A stretch of DNA of 64,000 nucleotides, taken from assembly GCA_027923505.1 (NCBI GenBank), contig BROI01000001.1:682001-746000 (forward strand), written 5' to 3'. Positions within the stretch are counted from its first letter, which is position 1, and every line of letters starts with the position of its first letter. Below the pieces are notes generated by a model, which was not told where the DNA came from, did not search any database, and saw nothing but the letters and a program-made list of their open reading frames with translations. The translations under genes and the position numbers were made by a program. This document shows, piece after piece, positions 10,714-22,060 of the stretch. The stretch is from Mayamaea pseudoterrestris. Its lineage: Eukaryota.

Positions 10714-11150
10714 ATGGTGAGTATCGTGCGGCGGCTGCTGGACATGCGAATGCTCCTACCGGTAGTCTAATCTTATATTGTATCATCTTTTTTCTCCAGT
10801 CACAGTTCATTGTGAATCCAAAACCCTTTCTCATTGACTTGACAGGCCAGCTCGTCAAGGTCAAGCTCAAGTGGGGCATGGAGTATCAGGGCAAGCTGGA
10901 GAGCGCCGATGCCTACATGAATTTGCAACTGACCGGATGCGAAGAGTTTCTGGATGGGCAGTTTGCAGGTTTTCTCGGAGAAGTACTGATTCGATGTAAC
11001 AATGTACTGGTACGTTGACATATTATTTGCTGCCCCAATGGCATGACGATTTTATCATTGCTAATCCTTCATTCGTCGTCTTGTTTGCAGTACATTCAAG
11101 CAGCCGTCAAGGAAGAAGCGGAAGGCGACGCCGCGATGAAGGAGTCATAA
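10714..11150 (+). CDS. SNRPF: Small nuclear ribonucleoprotein Sm F, 3 coding exons
   Basis: Exons 10714-10716 (ATG only), 10800-11009 and 11091-11150, with GT..AG introns. Protein [49 protein letters not shown]. Confidence 0.92.
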
Positions 11151-11680
11151 TACAAGTTGTTTGCGAATAGAGTAAGTACAAATCTACACGAAGCACCTTC
11201 ATTAAACATGCATGCATTAATTCTCGATGAAGATTGAGCGAGTCTGAATCATGGTTCAGCTTCACCGCAAGGTGGAGAGAGTCGTTTGGGTCTGCAAAGA
11301 CTTGATGGCTCACGAACCGTGGCTGCGAAACAACTACAAGCATTGAAGACCATCTAGTCCATTTCAGGACTGCCATATCACCAACCCATATCTGAGAGAA
11401 ATGAATAGTGCCTGGAGCATGGGTGGCATTCTTCCGTACATTAAAGTATGTTTACTCACATGACGTCCTTTCTTATTTACGCAGACGACTAGCAAGGGTA
11501 CAGATTCAATTCTCGCCTGAAGAGCCTATGCAGCTGCTCGTTTCGACCATTATTAACTGTCGACTGTCGACAGAGGAAGCGCAAGGTCGACGCGGTTATC
11601 ATTAAGAACAAGAGCTGCAACAAATCCCCCTATTGTTAAACTCGTACATTATTAATGTCAATATTATGTATCTTTCGTAT

Positions 11681-12001
11681 TTACTTGAAAAAGAGTCCGT
11701 GAATCGCCATGATGGCGCAGCAAGCGCCAACGTAAGGACTCACTCGTTCACCAATCCGGCTCAACTTCCATAGAAAGCCCAAAATACCCTCTCGCTTGAT
11801 TGGTGAACCGTCTGGTGGCTGCGAAAAAGACAAAAGCTTGTTCATGAGCATGATGCAGCAGCAGTTACGTTCATCGACGACGAGGCAACGCACCAGAGGA
11901 GGATCAAAAATGGCTGGTCGAAGCTCTCGAATGTAGGTGCATGTACATATTCCAAGTAGTAACACTGTCAGGAGGGATGACAAGTCAAAGAGCGCGGACA
12001 T
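11681..12001 (-). CDS. Protein Kish (TMEM167 family), 2 exons
   Basis: MSALFDLSSLLTVLLLGICTCTYIR...GFLWKLSRIGERVSPYV. Exons 12001-11894 and 11818-11681 with a 75-bp in-frame GT..AG intron. Confidence 0.9.
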   Translation of the reverse strand: MSALFDLSSLLTVLLLGICTCTYIRELRPAIFDPPLVRCLVVDERNCCCIMLMNKLLSFSQPPDGSPIKREGILGFLWKLSRIGERVSPYVGACCAIMAIHGLFFK

Positions 12002-12256
12002 TTTGAATGCCAAGTAAAAAATGTTGGGCAGGTCGACGAATTGACGATGGACGATTGCGATGAGCGCGGTTCGATTTTGATGGTTCACAGTTAAGGATGA
12101 GGCTCATCAAACGACGCTTAGAGTTGAGGTTCATCGCGATCCTTGACGATCTTCCATGGCGTTCCTCGACGGCGAGGCGAAACGCTTTCGTCAGTGTTGC
12201 ATCGCACAACATCTCGTTTGATTCGCAGCAGCAACAATAACAACAACAAAAGCACC

Positions 12257-12967
12257 ATGTCCTTTTCAGTCTCTGTTCCCGGCAACTATGGATATGGTAA
12301 GTGTGCTGGGTGCTGTTGCTGGAAAGGAGCTTGTCGTGGTGCATGGCAGCAGTGAAGAAGTGAATCTAGTCATCGATTTGCTCACTGCTCACTCTTGCTT
12401 CTTTTCTTCTTTTGGTCAGTCATTCTGACGACTGTCGTTGGACAGTTTGTCGCCAACTTTTACATGGGTGGCCAGGTGATGGAGGCCCGCAAGAAGTTTA
12501 ACGTTCCATACGTAAGTGCATGATACAGACGAGTTCAAAAATGTTGCGCCGACCGACAAGGCCATTTGTTGCTCGCGAATTTTCGACTCACTTCAATCAT
12601 TCATTTTTCATTGCTTCATTTCCTTCAGCCAAACTTGTATGCGACACCCGGCTTCCACAAGAGTGCCGATGAGTTCAACCGCGTGCAGCGCGGACACCAG
12701 GCCTCTTTGGAGCAAACCGCCATTGTCACCGTGGCGTCCTTGATTGGAGGTTTGCAGTATCCCATTGCGGCGAGCGTTTTGAACGCTCTCTTTTCCTTGG
12801 GCAACATTTTCTTTCAGATTGGATATGCGGATACGACCCTGGATGTATCCATGGCGCGCTACAAGAAGGGAGGTGCGCTCAAGTGGGTGGGAGTGTTTGG
12901 ATCGATTGGCTTGTCGGTCAATGTTGCTGGCAAGTTGCTTGGATGGTGGGGAGTCAAGACTGTATAA
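12257..12967 (+). CDS. MAPEG family protein (microsomal glutathione S-transferase 3-like), 3 exons
   Basis: Exons 12257-12296, 12420-12511 and 12629-12967. The spliced protein has ARKKFNVPYPNLYA and FNRVQRGHQASLE, plus hydrophobic helices. Confidence 0.88.
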
Positions 12968-13042
12968 AGCAGCGGCAATATATAGTTGCCAGAGCTACGA
13001 TAGTAAATGAAAATTATTAATGCAACGCTTCTACTTTCAAGT

Positions 13043-15037
13043 TTATAAGTCATACTTGTCAAAGAGCGCGTCAGTGCTTCTCCACTCGCCATCTCCCTCT
13101 GTCAATAGCTCCTGCCGTACCTGTTGCTGCAATTCGAGCGCTGACACTGTTCCATGCTGATTCTTGACTTGCTCAAACAGGGCAGTGCTCTGCGCTTCAC
13201 ACCAAAGATAGCGATAGTGTGCTACCGATCGCCCACCAGCGTTTTCCCGAAACAATTCAACCAACGGACCCATTGACTTTTCAGGCGGCATGTCGTGCGG
13301 CGTATATTCCTTCGCCCAGCGATGTTGTAGCGAAAGCAGCGACTCTTCTCCACGAATGTCAAAGTCTGAAAACACTTTGATTTCAAGCGATCCATAAAAG
13401 GCCAGTTGAGCGAGTTCCAAATGCTTGCGACGAGATCGGGCTCGAAAGGCGGCATCGATGGAGTCGTCCGAAAATGCCACACGACTTTGTGATGTTTCCA
13501 TGAGTGCGTATATTGTAGACCTTTCTAGCATCCACAGCTCCATGAACTATGAATAAAAGAAGTGAGAGTAAGCGAAACAACGATTTGCAACCATCTCATG
13601 CTGACATACCTTTGGTAGGAGCTCGGATCGATCAATTGGTAATGTCTCGACCGGGCCTGCGATGGATCCGAATCGATTGGAAGACAACAACAAGTCCATT
13701 ACGTGTCCAAGCTCATGGAGAAAAGCTTCAATGTCTTCCCACGTCATTGCCGCTGGATCAGTGTCCCACGTTGGCGGCTGCATAAAGAGCGACATGTACA
13801 CCGCAGGAGGAGTTGCCGGCCCCCTTGGCAACACCAGCGTTGTCACGGGACGTCGCAACTTTCCTGGTCGTTCAAACGGATCCAGATAAAATGAACCAAT
13901 GCAGCGTTGTGTGTTCGAGTCATGGACGTGAAACAGACGCACAGAATCATCCCAATGCAGCGCGCCCTTCAAATCCGATGTTTGCTCGATGACATCAACA
14001 CCAAACAAGTCGCTACAAAGTCGAGTGCAGAACGTAATGACGCCATCCAAAGTAATATGTTTTTCTAGTCGGATCATGTCTCTTTCGTCTTGTTGCTTCG
14101 GATTGAGTGGACGACCTGGACCAAGGTTTGCCCCGGAAGGTGGCGCCGACATGCCCAAAAGTTCATTGAGTGCCGCGTCAGTAGTCGCCTTGGTTGGATC
14201 GTACACAAGAGGCAAGATGCGATCTCGAACCGAATCGTGAAGGTCCTTGACTTGTTTGATTGATGTCGCGCGACGAGAAAAAACTTGTTCAACAACCGTT
14301 TCGAATCCGTGCAGCTTGGCGATTTCGGTTTTTAACCCAAGAAATTGATACATGTTTCGCATGACAGCCTTTGGCGGCGAGGAAGCAAGTGGGGACTGCA
14401 ATTCAAAAGAGATTTGGTTTAACGCAGCCTGGTATCTAACGAGGGCCTCTTCCTTGTCAGGATCTGCCAGGTTAGTGTCTTCGTAGCAAGCGATGAGGTG
14501 CTTCGCCGCGCGACTGGCCGCAGTGTCCGTATCGGCATTCTTCAACGTCGACTCAATGGCATCAATCAAATCCTTTTCAAGCTCATACGATGGCAATTGG
14601 TCAATGATTGGTGAAAATTTCTTGTCTCTAGCGATTGACAGTATGGTTACGGCGTACTGCAAGGCTTTCGATGGTGCATATATATGATCGAGTCGATCAA
14701 GCAGTGCAGCAAGGCCGTCATAAGCCGATAGCTGAAGTTTCAATTGTTCCATTTCCGTGTGTAATCGAGAGTTTAGAGATTTGGATTCATCTACTGCATG
14801 TCGCACCTGCATGTCTTTCCATTTTGAGAGGTTGTATGGAACTGGTTGCTTGATGTCGTCATTTCGTGCGTCGTCGGATCGAGCAGATCCGTTCTTGCTG
14901 TACACTGCCTCTATACTTTCCAACACCGGATTCGAGGATTGGAACGGTTTGAAGAGAGCGCCAAGGAACGTTCGATGCTGGGTCCCATGATGACAAGTGT
15001 GCCGAGCGACCAAGCCGCTGACAGGACGAAACGCCAT
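13043..15037 (-). CDS. Peptidase M3 family (oligopeptidase A / intermediate-peptidase-like), probable mitochondrial, 2 exons
   Basis: Exons 15037-13610 and 13546-13043 (63-bp intron) give SELLPKFMELW. Also IGSFYLDPFERPGK, FLHELGH (HExxH) and YRYLW. Arg-rich N-terminal presequence. Confidence 0.85.
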
Positions 15038-15316
15038 GGTGATGGACGACGGAAATGCATGCGATGACGAAGAAAAATTCGACAGATAGTGAGTACCGCA
15101 ACGACTTTCACAATGTAGCTACCAGCTACCTTATTGCTTTGGCGAATGACTTGCGAAGGACGAATGTAACGTTATTGATATCATATACAAGATCAGTTTG
15201 AGCTAATGCACTTGTGGTATTCTCTAGTCATATAGCCAGGATGTACTGCAGGTGTGTTATACAAAGGGATGATACGTAATTCTGATGTATGTCGAAAGCA
15301 ACGGCAAGAGAAGTAT

Positions 15317-17270
15317 TTACTGTCCAAGCATCATCATTTTCAAATCTTCGTCCGCATCTCCCGTCTTCATGAGATTTAAATCCTTGCTCAACACTTCTAA
15401 AATGTTCGGAGTCAGATACGCCGGCAAAGTAGGTCCCAATCGAATGTTCTTGATGCCAAGGCTCAACAAGGTCAGCAAGACGGCAGCCGCCTTTTGTTCG
15501 AGGTGGCTGATAGCCAAACTGAGTGGTAAGTCATTGACAGTGCAGTTGAGAGCTTTCGCAAGTTCCATCGCAACAACCTGTAGAGACGGCGGGACGAAAT
15601 GTTAGCATCCAGAGCTTTCGCGCACGTCGCCGAACATTTGAAAACATATGCGCACCGCGCCAAGTCGCACTCAAACAAGCAAAAATACCTACCACAGCCG
15701 AATACGCATCATTACACTGTCCCATATCCAAAACACGAGGAAGGCCGGTGTCACCAAGCATGGCACCGTCCAGTTTGGGCGAGTGAATGATGCGGTTCTT
15801 CGCGCAACCGAGCGTCAGGATGATCGAGTCATCCGGAGTCGCCTCCGCCAAGGTTGTAAAGTAGTTACGCTCCCATTGACTGCCATCGCAACCCCCAACA
15901 AGGAAAAGTCTCGACAAGGCCTTACTCTCAACCGCTTGGAGGATCTTCCCCGCCAGCGGTAGGACGACGCGGTGGTTAAAGCCAGTAGTGACGAAATGGG
16001 CCGGCTCGATGGTGCGCGGAAAACCCTTTTCCTTGAGTGCGCAGTCAATGACCGCCGAGTAGTCTCGATTTTTGATGTGAGTGACTCCTTCCGCGCCAAC
16101 TTCATTCATGGTAAAGATGCGCTTCTTGTATGCCTTGCGGGGCGGGCTGATGCAGTTGGTCGTCATGATGACTGGCCCCGGAAAGGCGGCAAACTCAAAC
16201 TTTTGATTCTGCCAAGCAGTTCCAAAGTTACCGGCCAAATGCTTGAAAGCCTTGAGTTTTGGGTACATGTGACCTGGAAGCATCTCACCATGCGTAAAGA
16301 CGTTGATGCCAGTGCCTTCCGTCGCCTTTAATAGATGGTAAAGATCTTCTTGATCATGACCCGAAATGAGAATACACTTTCCCTCAACCGCCGTGGTACG
16401 GACTTGCGTCGGAACGGGCACACCAAAGTTACCAGCATGCGCTTCGTCCAATAACGCCATGACGGTTGCATTGACTTGACCGACCTGCATGCACGTGGCC
16501 AGTAGTCCGTCTACGTCAGGTTCGTCACTGTTGGTCTTGGCAAAGAGCTCATGCAACTGAGGGAAAATGACATCCAGCGCATTCTTGTCGACTGTAGTGT
16601 TATTGTCGCTCTCGAGCAACTGGTGAACGTGCATGGCGTAGGCGCAAACACCCTTGAGGCCATAGGTGGCGAGTTCATTCAAGCAAAAGGCATCCTCGTT
16701 GCCCATAGCGGCTCCTCGCTTGGGAACAGAAACACTGGCACCATAGTCTTCAAGTTCCTCCAGCGACATGCTGCTGATATCCTTGCTTGGAGCTCCAAGA
16801 TTCGTTCCACCAAGCTGCTTCAGATACTCATTGCCTTCCTTTGTGTATTCGGCAATGCGCTCATCACTAAAGTTGACATTCGTCAAGGTGGAAAAAGTGG
16901 CAGCAAGAGTCCAAACACTCACTTCCTTGGGAATGGATTTGCCTTGGGCGCGAGCCTCCATGCATGCTTGCGAAACATCGCGAACAACCTGCATGAGGGT
17001 GTCTTGGCAGGCAGCCACCTCGCTCGTCTTGCCACAAACACCCATGGAAGTGCATGCAACATGATCTTGAGTCTGCTCACATTGACGACAAAACATTGGT
17101 TGCTGAATCAATGGTTCAGAAGTGGCTGGAGCGGTCGAGAATGATTGTGCTTGAGTAACTCCGGAACGCGGAAGGAGATTCATGGTTGCACTCAAGGCGG
17201 GGCGGACACTGCGACGAATGATGGCCGACGACGCCCGGGGGAGAAGAGTCTTGGAGGCGCGACGGAACAT
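15317..17270 (-). CDS. hcp: Hybrid-cluster protein (prismane; hydroxylamine/NO reductase) with N-terminal mitochondrial-type presequence, 2 exons
   Basis: Exons 17270-15693 and 15577-15317 (115-bp GT..AG intron), ~612 aa. Motifs [57 protein letters not shown] and [13 protein letters not shown]. Confidence 0.95.
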
Positions 17271-17923
17271 GATGGTAACGACGTGATGGTGTATAGTGTA
17301 TGATATAGACGTCGAAGAGAGAGTGAGTGTGACCGATCTTTTGAAGCGATGAAGTGAAGAGAGATAGCCTTGAATCCGAATCCACGTCGATGCTTCTCAT
17401 CCGGTCGGCAGTCATTGTGTGCGAACCCGAAGCTCAATAGACTGGCTGAAAGAGTAGCGCCAGTTTCTGCACTTTGGAAAGTCTCGAAAGTCTCGCTTAT
17501 AATGACTCATATGGCGTCATGATACCAAAGTATATGTGTATAATGACCTTCTCGTAAAGCAACCATGGCAGTGAACGATCGCGATCATTGAACGCGAAGC
17601 CATTCTCGTTTGATGCCATCGCAAAGTGACGAAGCTAAACTGCGGGATGCGAAGATGGAGTACGAGTGGCTGTAGTTGGCACACAATAAAAACATGTAGA
17701 CCAGCTGTCAGAAGGCTCCATTGCCAGTTGACAACTGCCAAATAAATAGTGGCCATTCCAACAACGGACATACCGGTTTTACTACAGTTAGCTAGATGAT
17801 ACAGGCCGATTCCTTCCGCAATTTTCTCTGAACACCCCACCGGATTCAGGGATACAGCCAACCCAGTGATGTTCAGCTGCAATAAGGCTCAACGCAGCCA
17901 GGGATCTGTTTGAAAGCAACCAT

Positions 17924-19354
17924 GATGCAGGATGTGCAAGCCATTCAATGGTATACCTACAACTCCTCCAGGAAAATGACCAGGGTTGGGTTAGGCATGG
18001 GTCCAGCTACTCAAATATAAACACACTCAATAGCCATAGCCATGTGCCAGCCAGCTTCAATCTGAGTCTCTGCGGTTGCTAGGCATGCATAAAGGATGCA
18101 GGATATGCAATTAATTCACTGGTATACCTTCAAACCCTCCAGTAAAATGACTGGTTGGGTTCAGCAATGGTTTCAGCTATTTAAATACAAACACACTCAA
18201 TAGCCATAGCCATGAGCCAGCCAGCTTCAATATGAGTCTCTGCAGTTGCAAGGCATGGATTATGGATGTAGGATGAGCAATCTGTTCAATGGTATACCTT
18301 CACACCCTCCAGTAAAATGACTGGGGTTGGGTGGGGTTTGGTGGTTGCTGGCAGGCACATGGGTTTCAGCTATTCAAACACACTCAATAGCCATAGCCAT
18401 GGGCCATCCAGCTTCAATATGAGTCTCTGCGGTTGCTAGGCATGCATAAAGGATGCAGGATGTGCAATTCATTAAATGGTATACCGACAACTCCTCCAGG
18501 AAAATGACCGGGGTTGGGTTTGGCATGGGTCCAGCTACTCAAATATAAACACACTCAATAGCCATAGGCATGTGCCAGCCAGCATCAATCTAAGTCTTTG
18601 CGGTTGCTAGGCGTGCATAAACAATGCAGGACATGCAATCCATTCAAATTTGTACCTACAGACCCTCCAGCAAAATAATCAAGGTTGGTTTCAGCATGGG
18701 TTTTAGCTTCCCAAATACAAACGAACTCAAGATCCACAGCCACGGGCCAGCCCGCTTCAATACAAGTCTCTGCGGTTGCTAGGCATGCATGAAGGATGTA
18801 GGATGTGCAATTTCTTCAACGGTCTATCTTCACACCCTCCAGTAAAATGACTGGGGTTGGGTGGGGTTTGTGGTGGCTGGCATCAACTACTCAAACACAC
18901 TCACAGTCAATAGCAATAGCCATGGGCCAGCCTGCTTCAATATAAGTCTCAGTGGTTGCTAGACATTTTTTAAAGATGCAGGATGTGCAATCTATTCAAT
19001 GGTATACCTACAACCCCTCTAGGAAAATGACCTGGGTTAGTTTCAGCTTGGGTCCAGCTACTCAGATATAAACACACTATATAGCACTAGCCACGGGCCA
19101 GCCAGCTTCAATCAGAGTCTCTGCGGTTGCTAGGCATGCATAAAGGATGTAGGATGTGCAATCCATTCAATGGTATACCTACAAACCCTCCAGTGAAATG
19201 ACTGGGGTTGGGTGGGGTTTGGTGGTGGCTGACAGGCAGCATGGGTTTCAGCTGCTCAAACAAACTCAATAGCCATAGCCATGGGCCAGCCAACTTCAAT
19301 ATGAGTCTCTGCAGTTGCTAGACATGCATAAAGGATGCAGGATGTGCAATCCAT
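17924..19354. repeat. Satellite family B, diverged 170-188-bp monomers (~8 copies)
   Basis: GATGCAGGATGTGCAA-type anchor at 17924, 18095, 18265, 18452, 18623, 18795, 18975, 19146 and 19334. Confidence 0.9.
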
Positions 19355-19356
19355 GT

Positions 19357-21720
19357 TAGGCTTGGCTGGTGTCTCAGGTGATGGCAATGTATTTGGTGAC
19401 AACTTGTCACCAGTCTCAGCCCGCAGATGCCGGGACATTCAAACGCCACTACAGCAGGCCCTGTAGGTGCCCAAAATACACCAGAATGGTGCACCATCAT
19501 TATTCAGGCTGCGCTACAAGATGGTAGGCTAGGCTGGTGTCTCAGGGGATGGCAATGTATTTGGTGACAACTTGTCACCAGTCTCAGCCCGCAGATGCCG
19601 GGACATTCAAACGCCCCTACAGCAAGCCCTGTAGGTGCCCAAAATACACCAGAATGGTGCCAACATCATTATTCAGGCTTCGCTACAAGATGGTAGGCTT
19701 GGCTGGTGTCTCAGGGGATGGCAATGTATTTGGTGACAACTTGTCACCAGTCTCAGCCCGCAGATGCCGGGACATTCAAACGCCACTACAGCAGGCCCTG
19801 TAGGTGCCCAAAATACACCAGAATGGTGCACCATCATTCTTCAGGCTGCGCCACAAGATAGTAGGCTTGGCTGGTGTCTCAGCGGATGGCAATGTATTTG
19901 GTGACAACTTGTCACCAGTCTCAGCCCGCAGATGCCGGGACATTCAAACGCCCCTACAGCAAGCCCTGTAGGTGCCCAAAATACACCAGAATGGTGCCAA
20001 CATCATTATTCAGGCTGCGCTACAAGATGGTAGGCTTGGCTGGTGTCTCAGGGGATGGCAATGTATTTGGTGACAACTTGTCACCAGTCTCAGCCCGCAG
20101 ATGCCGGGACATGCAAACGCCCCTACAGCAGGCCCTGTAGGTGCCCAAAAAACACCAGAAGGGTGCCAACATCATTATTCAGGCTGCCTTACAAGATGGT
20201 AGGTTTGGCTGGTGTCTCAGGGGATGGCAATGTATTTGGTGACAACTTGTCACCAGTCTCAGCCCGCAGATGCCGGGACATGCAAACGCCCCTACAGCAG
20301 GCCCTGTAGGTGCCCAAAATACACCAGAAGGGTGCCAACATCATTATTCAGGCTGCGCTACAAGATGGTAGGCTTGGCTGGTGTCTCAGGGGATGGCAAT
20401 GTATTTGGTGACGACTTGTCACCAGTCTCAGCCCGCAGATGCCGGGACATTCAAACGCCCCTACAGCAAGCCCTGTAGGTGCCCAAAATACACCAGAATG
20501 GTGCCACCATCATTATTCAGGCTGCGCTACAAGATGGTAGGCTTGGCTGGTGTCTCAGGGGATGGCAATCTATTTGGTGACAACTTGTCACCAGTCTCAG
20601 CCCGCAGATGCCAGGACATGCAAATGCCCCTACAGCAGGCCCTGTAGGTGCCCAAAATACAACAGAATGGTGCCATCATCATTTTGCAGGCTATGCTACA
20701 AGATGGTAGGCTTGGCTGGTGTCTCAGGGGATGGCAATGTATTTGGTGACAACTTGTCACCAGTCTCAGCCCGCAGATGCCGTGACATGCAAACGCCCCT
20801 ACAGCAGGCCCTGTAGGTGCCCAAAATACACCAGAAGGGTGCCAACATCATTATTCAGGCTGCTTTACAAGATGGTAGGCTAGGCTGGTGTCTCAGGGGA
20901 TGGCAATGTATTTGGTGTCAACTTGTCACCAGTCTCAGCCCGCAGATGCCGGGACAATCAAACGCTCCTACAGCAAGCCCTGTAGGTGCCCAAAGTACAC
21001 CAGAATGGTGCCAACATCATTATTCAGGCTGCGCTACAAGATGGTAGGCTAGGCTGGTGTCTCAGGGGATGGCAATGTATTTGGTGACAACTTGTCACCA
21101 GTCTCAGCCCGCAGATGCCGGGACATGCAAACGCCCCTATAGCAGGCCCTGTAGGTGCCCAAAATACACCAGAATGGTGTCAACATCATTCTTCAGGCTG
21201 CGCTACAAGATGGTAGGCTTGGCTGGTGTCTCAGGGGATGGCAATGTATTTGGTGACAACTTGTCACCAGTCTCAGCCCGCAGATGCCGGGACATGCAAA
21301 CGCCCCTACAGCAGGCCCTGTAGGTGCCCAAAATACACCAAAATGGTGCCAACATCATTATTCAGGCTGCGCTACAAGACGGTAGGCTAGGCTGGTGTCT
21401 CAGGGGATGGCAATGTATTTAGTGACAACTTGTCACGAGTCTCAGCCCGCAGATGCCGGGACATGCAAACGCCCCTATAGCAGGCCCTGTAGGTGCCCAA
21501 AATACACCAGAATGGTGTCAGCATCATTCTTCAGGATGCGCTACAAGATGGTAGGCTTGGCTGGTGTCTCAGGGGATGGCAATGTATTTGGTGACAACTT
21601 GTCACCAGTCTCAGCCCGCAGATGCCGGGACATTCAAACGCTCCTACAGCAAGCCCTGTAGGTGCCCAAAGTACACCAGAATGGTGCCAACATCATTATT
21701 CAGGCTGCGCTACAAGATGG
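19357..21720. repeat. Satellite family C (subfamily C1), 169-bp monomer, ~14 copies
   Basis: GGCTGGTGTCTCAGGGGATGGCAATGTATTTGGTGACAACTTGTCACCAGTCTCAG recurs every 168-169 bp. Confidence 0.95.
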
Positions 21721-22049
21721 TGACACGATAATATCAGACGAACCTTTATTCCAGCGACTACAATGGACTCGGAGCGATCAACCTCTTCGTCCAGCGTAAA
21801 GCAAACAAACAAACTCAATTGCTAGAATAGTGCATGTTACTCGCTACTCTACTCGTGCGCCTCTTTCTCATTCTCACTGGGTTCACGGTCGAGGTTCACG
21901 CCTCGATCGTCAGCGATTTCACTCATGTATGTGAGGATTCGGTCACAAGTGTGACTCAACCCTGCACAGGATTAAATGCATACAAAACACAGGTAGCTAA
22001 CCGTCTTGTCATAAGACGCAGGTCAACTCAACTCAATAATATTGTGTCA
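21721..22049 (-). repeat. 3' LTR (329 bp)
   Basis: Direct repeat of 26201-26529 with 4 substitutions (LTR positions 20, 50, 141, 150). TG...CA ends with a terminal inverted repeat TGACAC. Confidence 0.95.
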
Positions 22050-22057
22050 TCCCCCTT
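22050..22057 (-). other. Polypurine tract
   Basis: The minus strand reads AAGGGGGA immediately before the 3' LTR TG. Confidence 0.85.
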
Positions 22058-22060
22058 GAT

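Noticed and set aside
17517..17882. 121-aa minus-strand ORF upstream of hcp
   Set aside because: Non-ATG start and no recognisable motifs.
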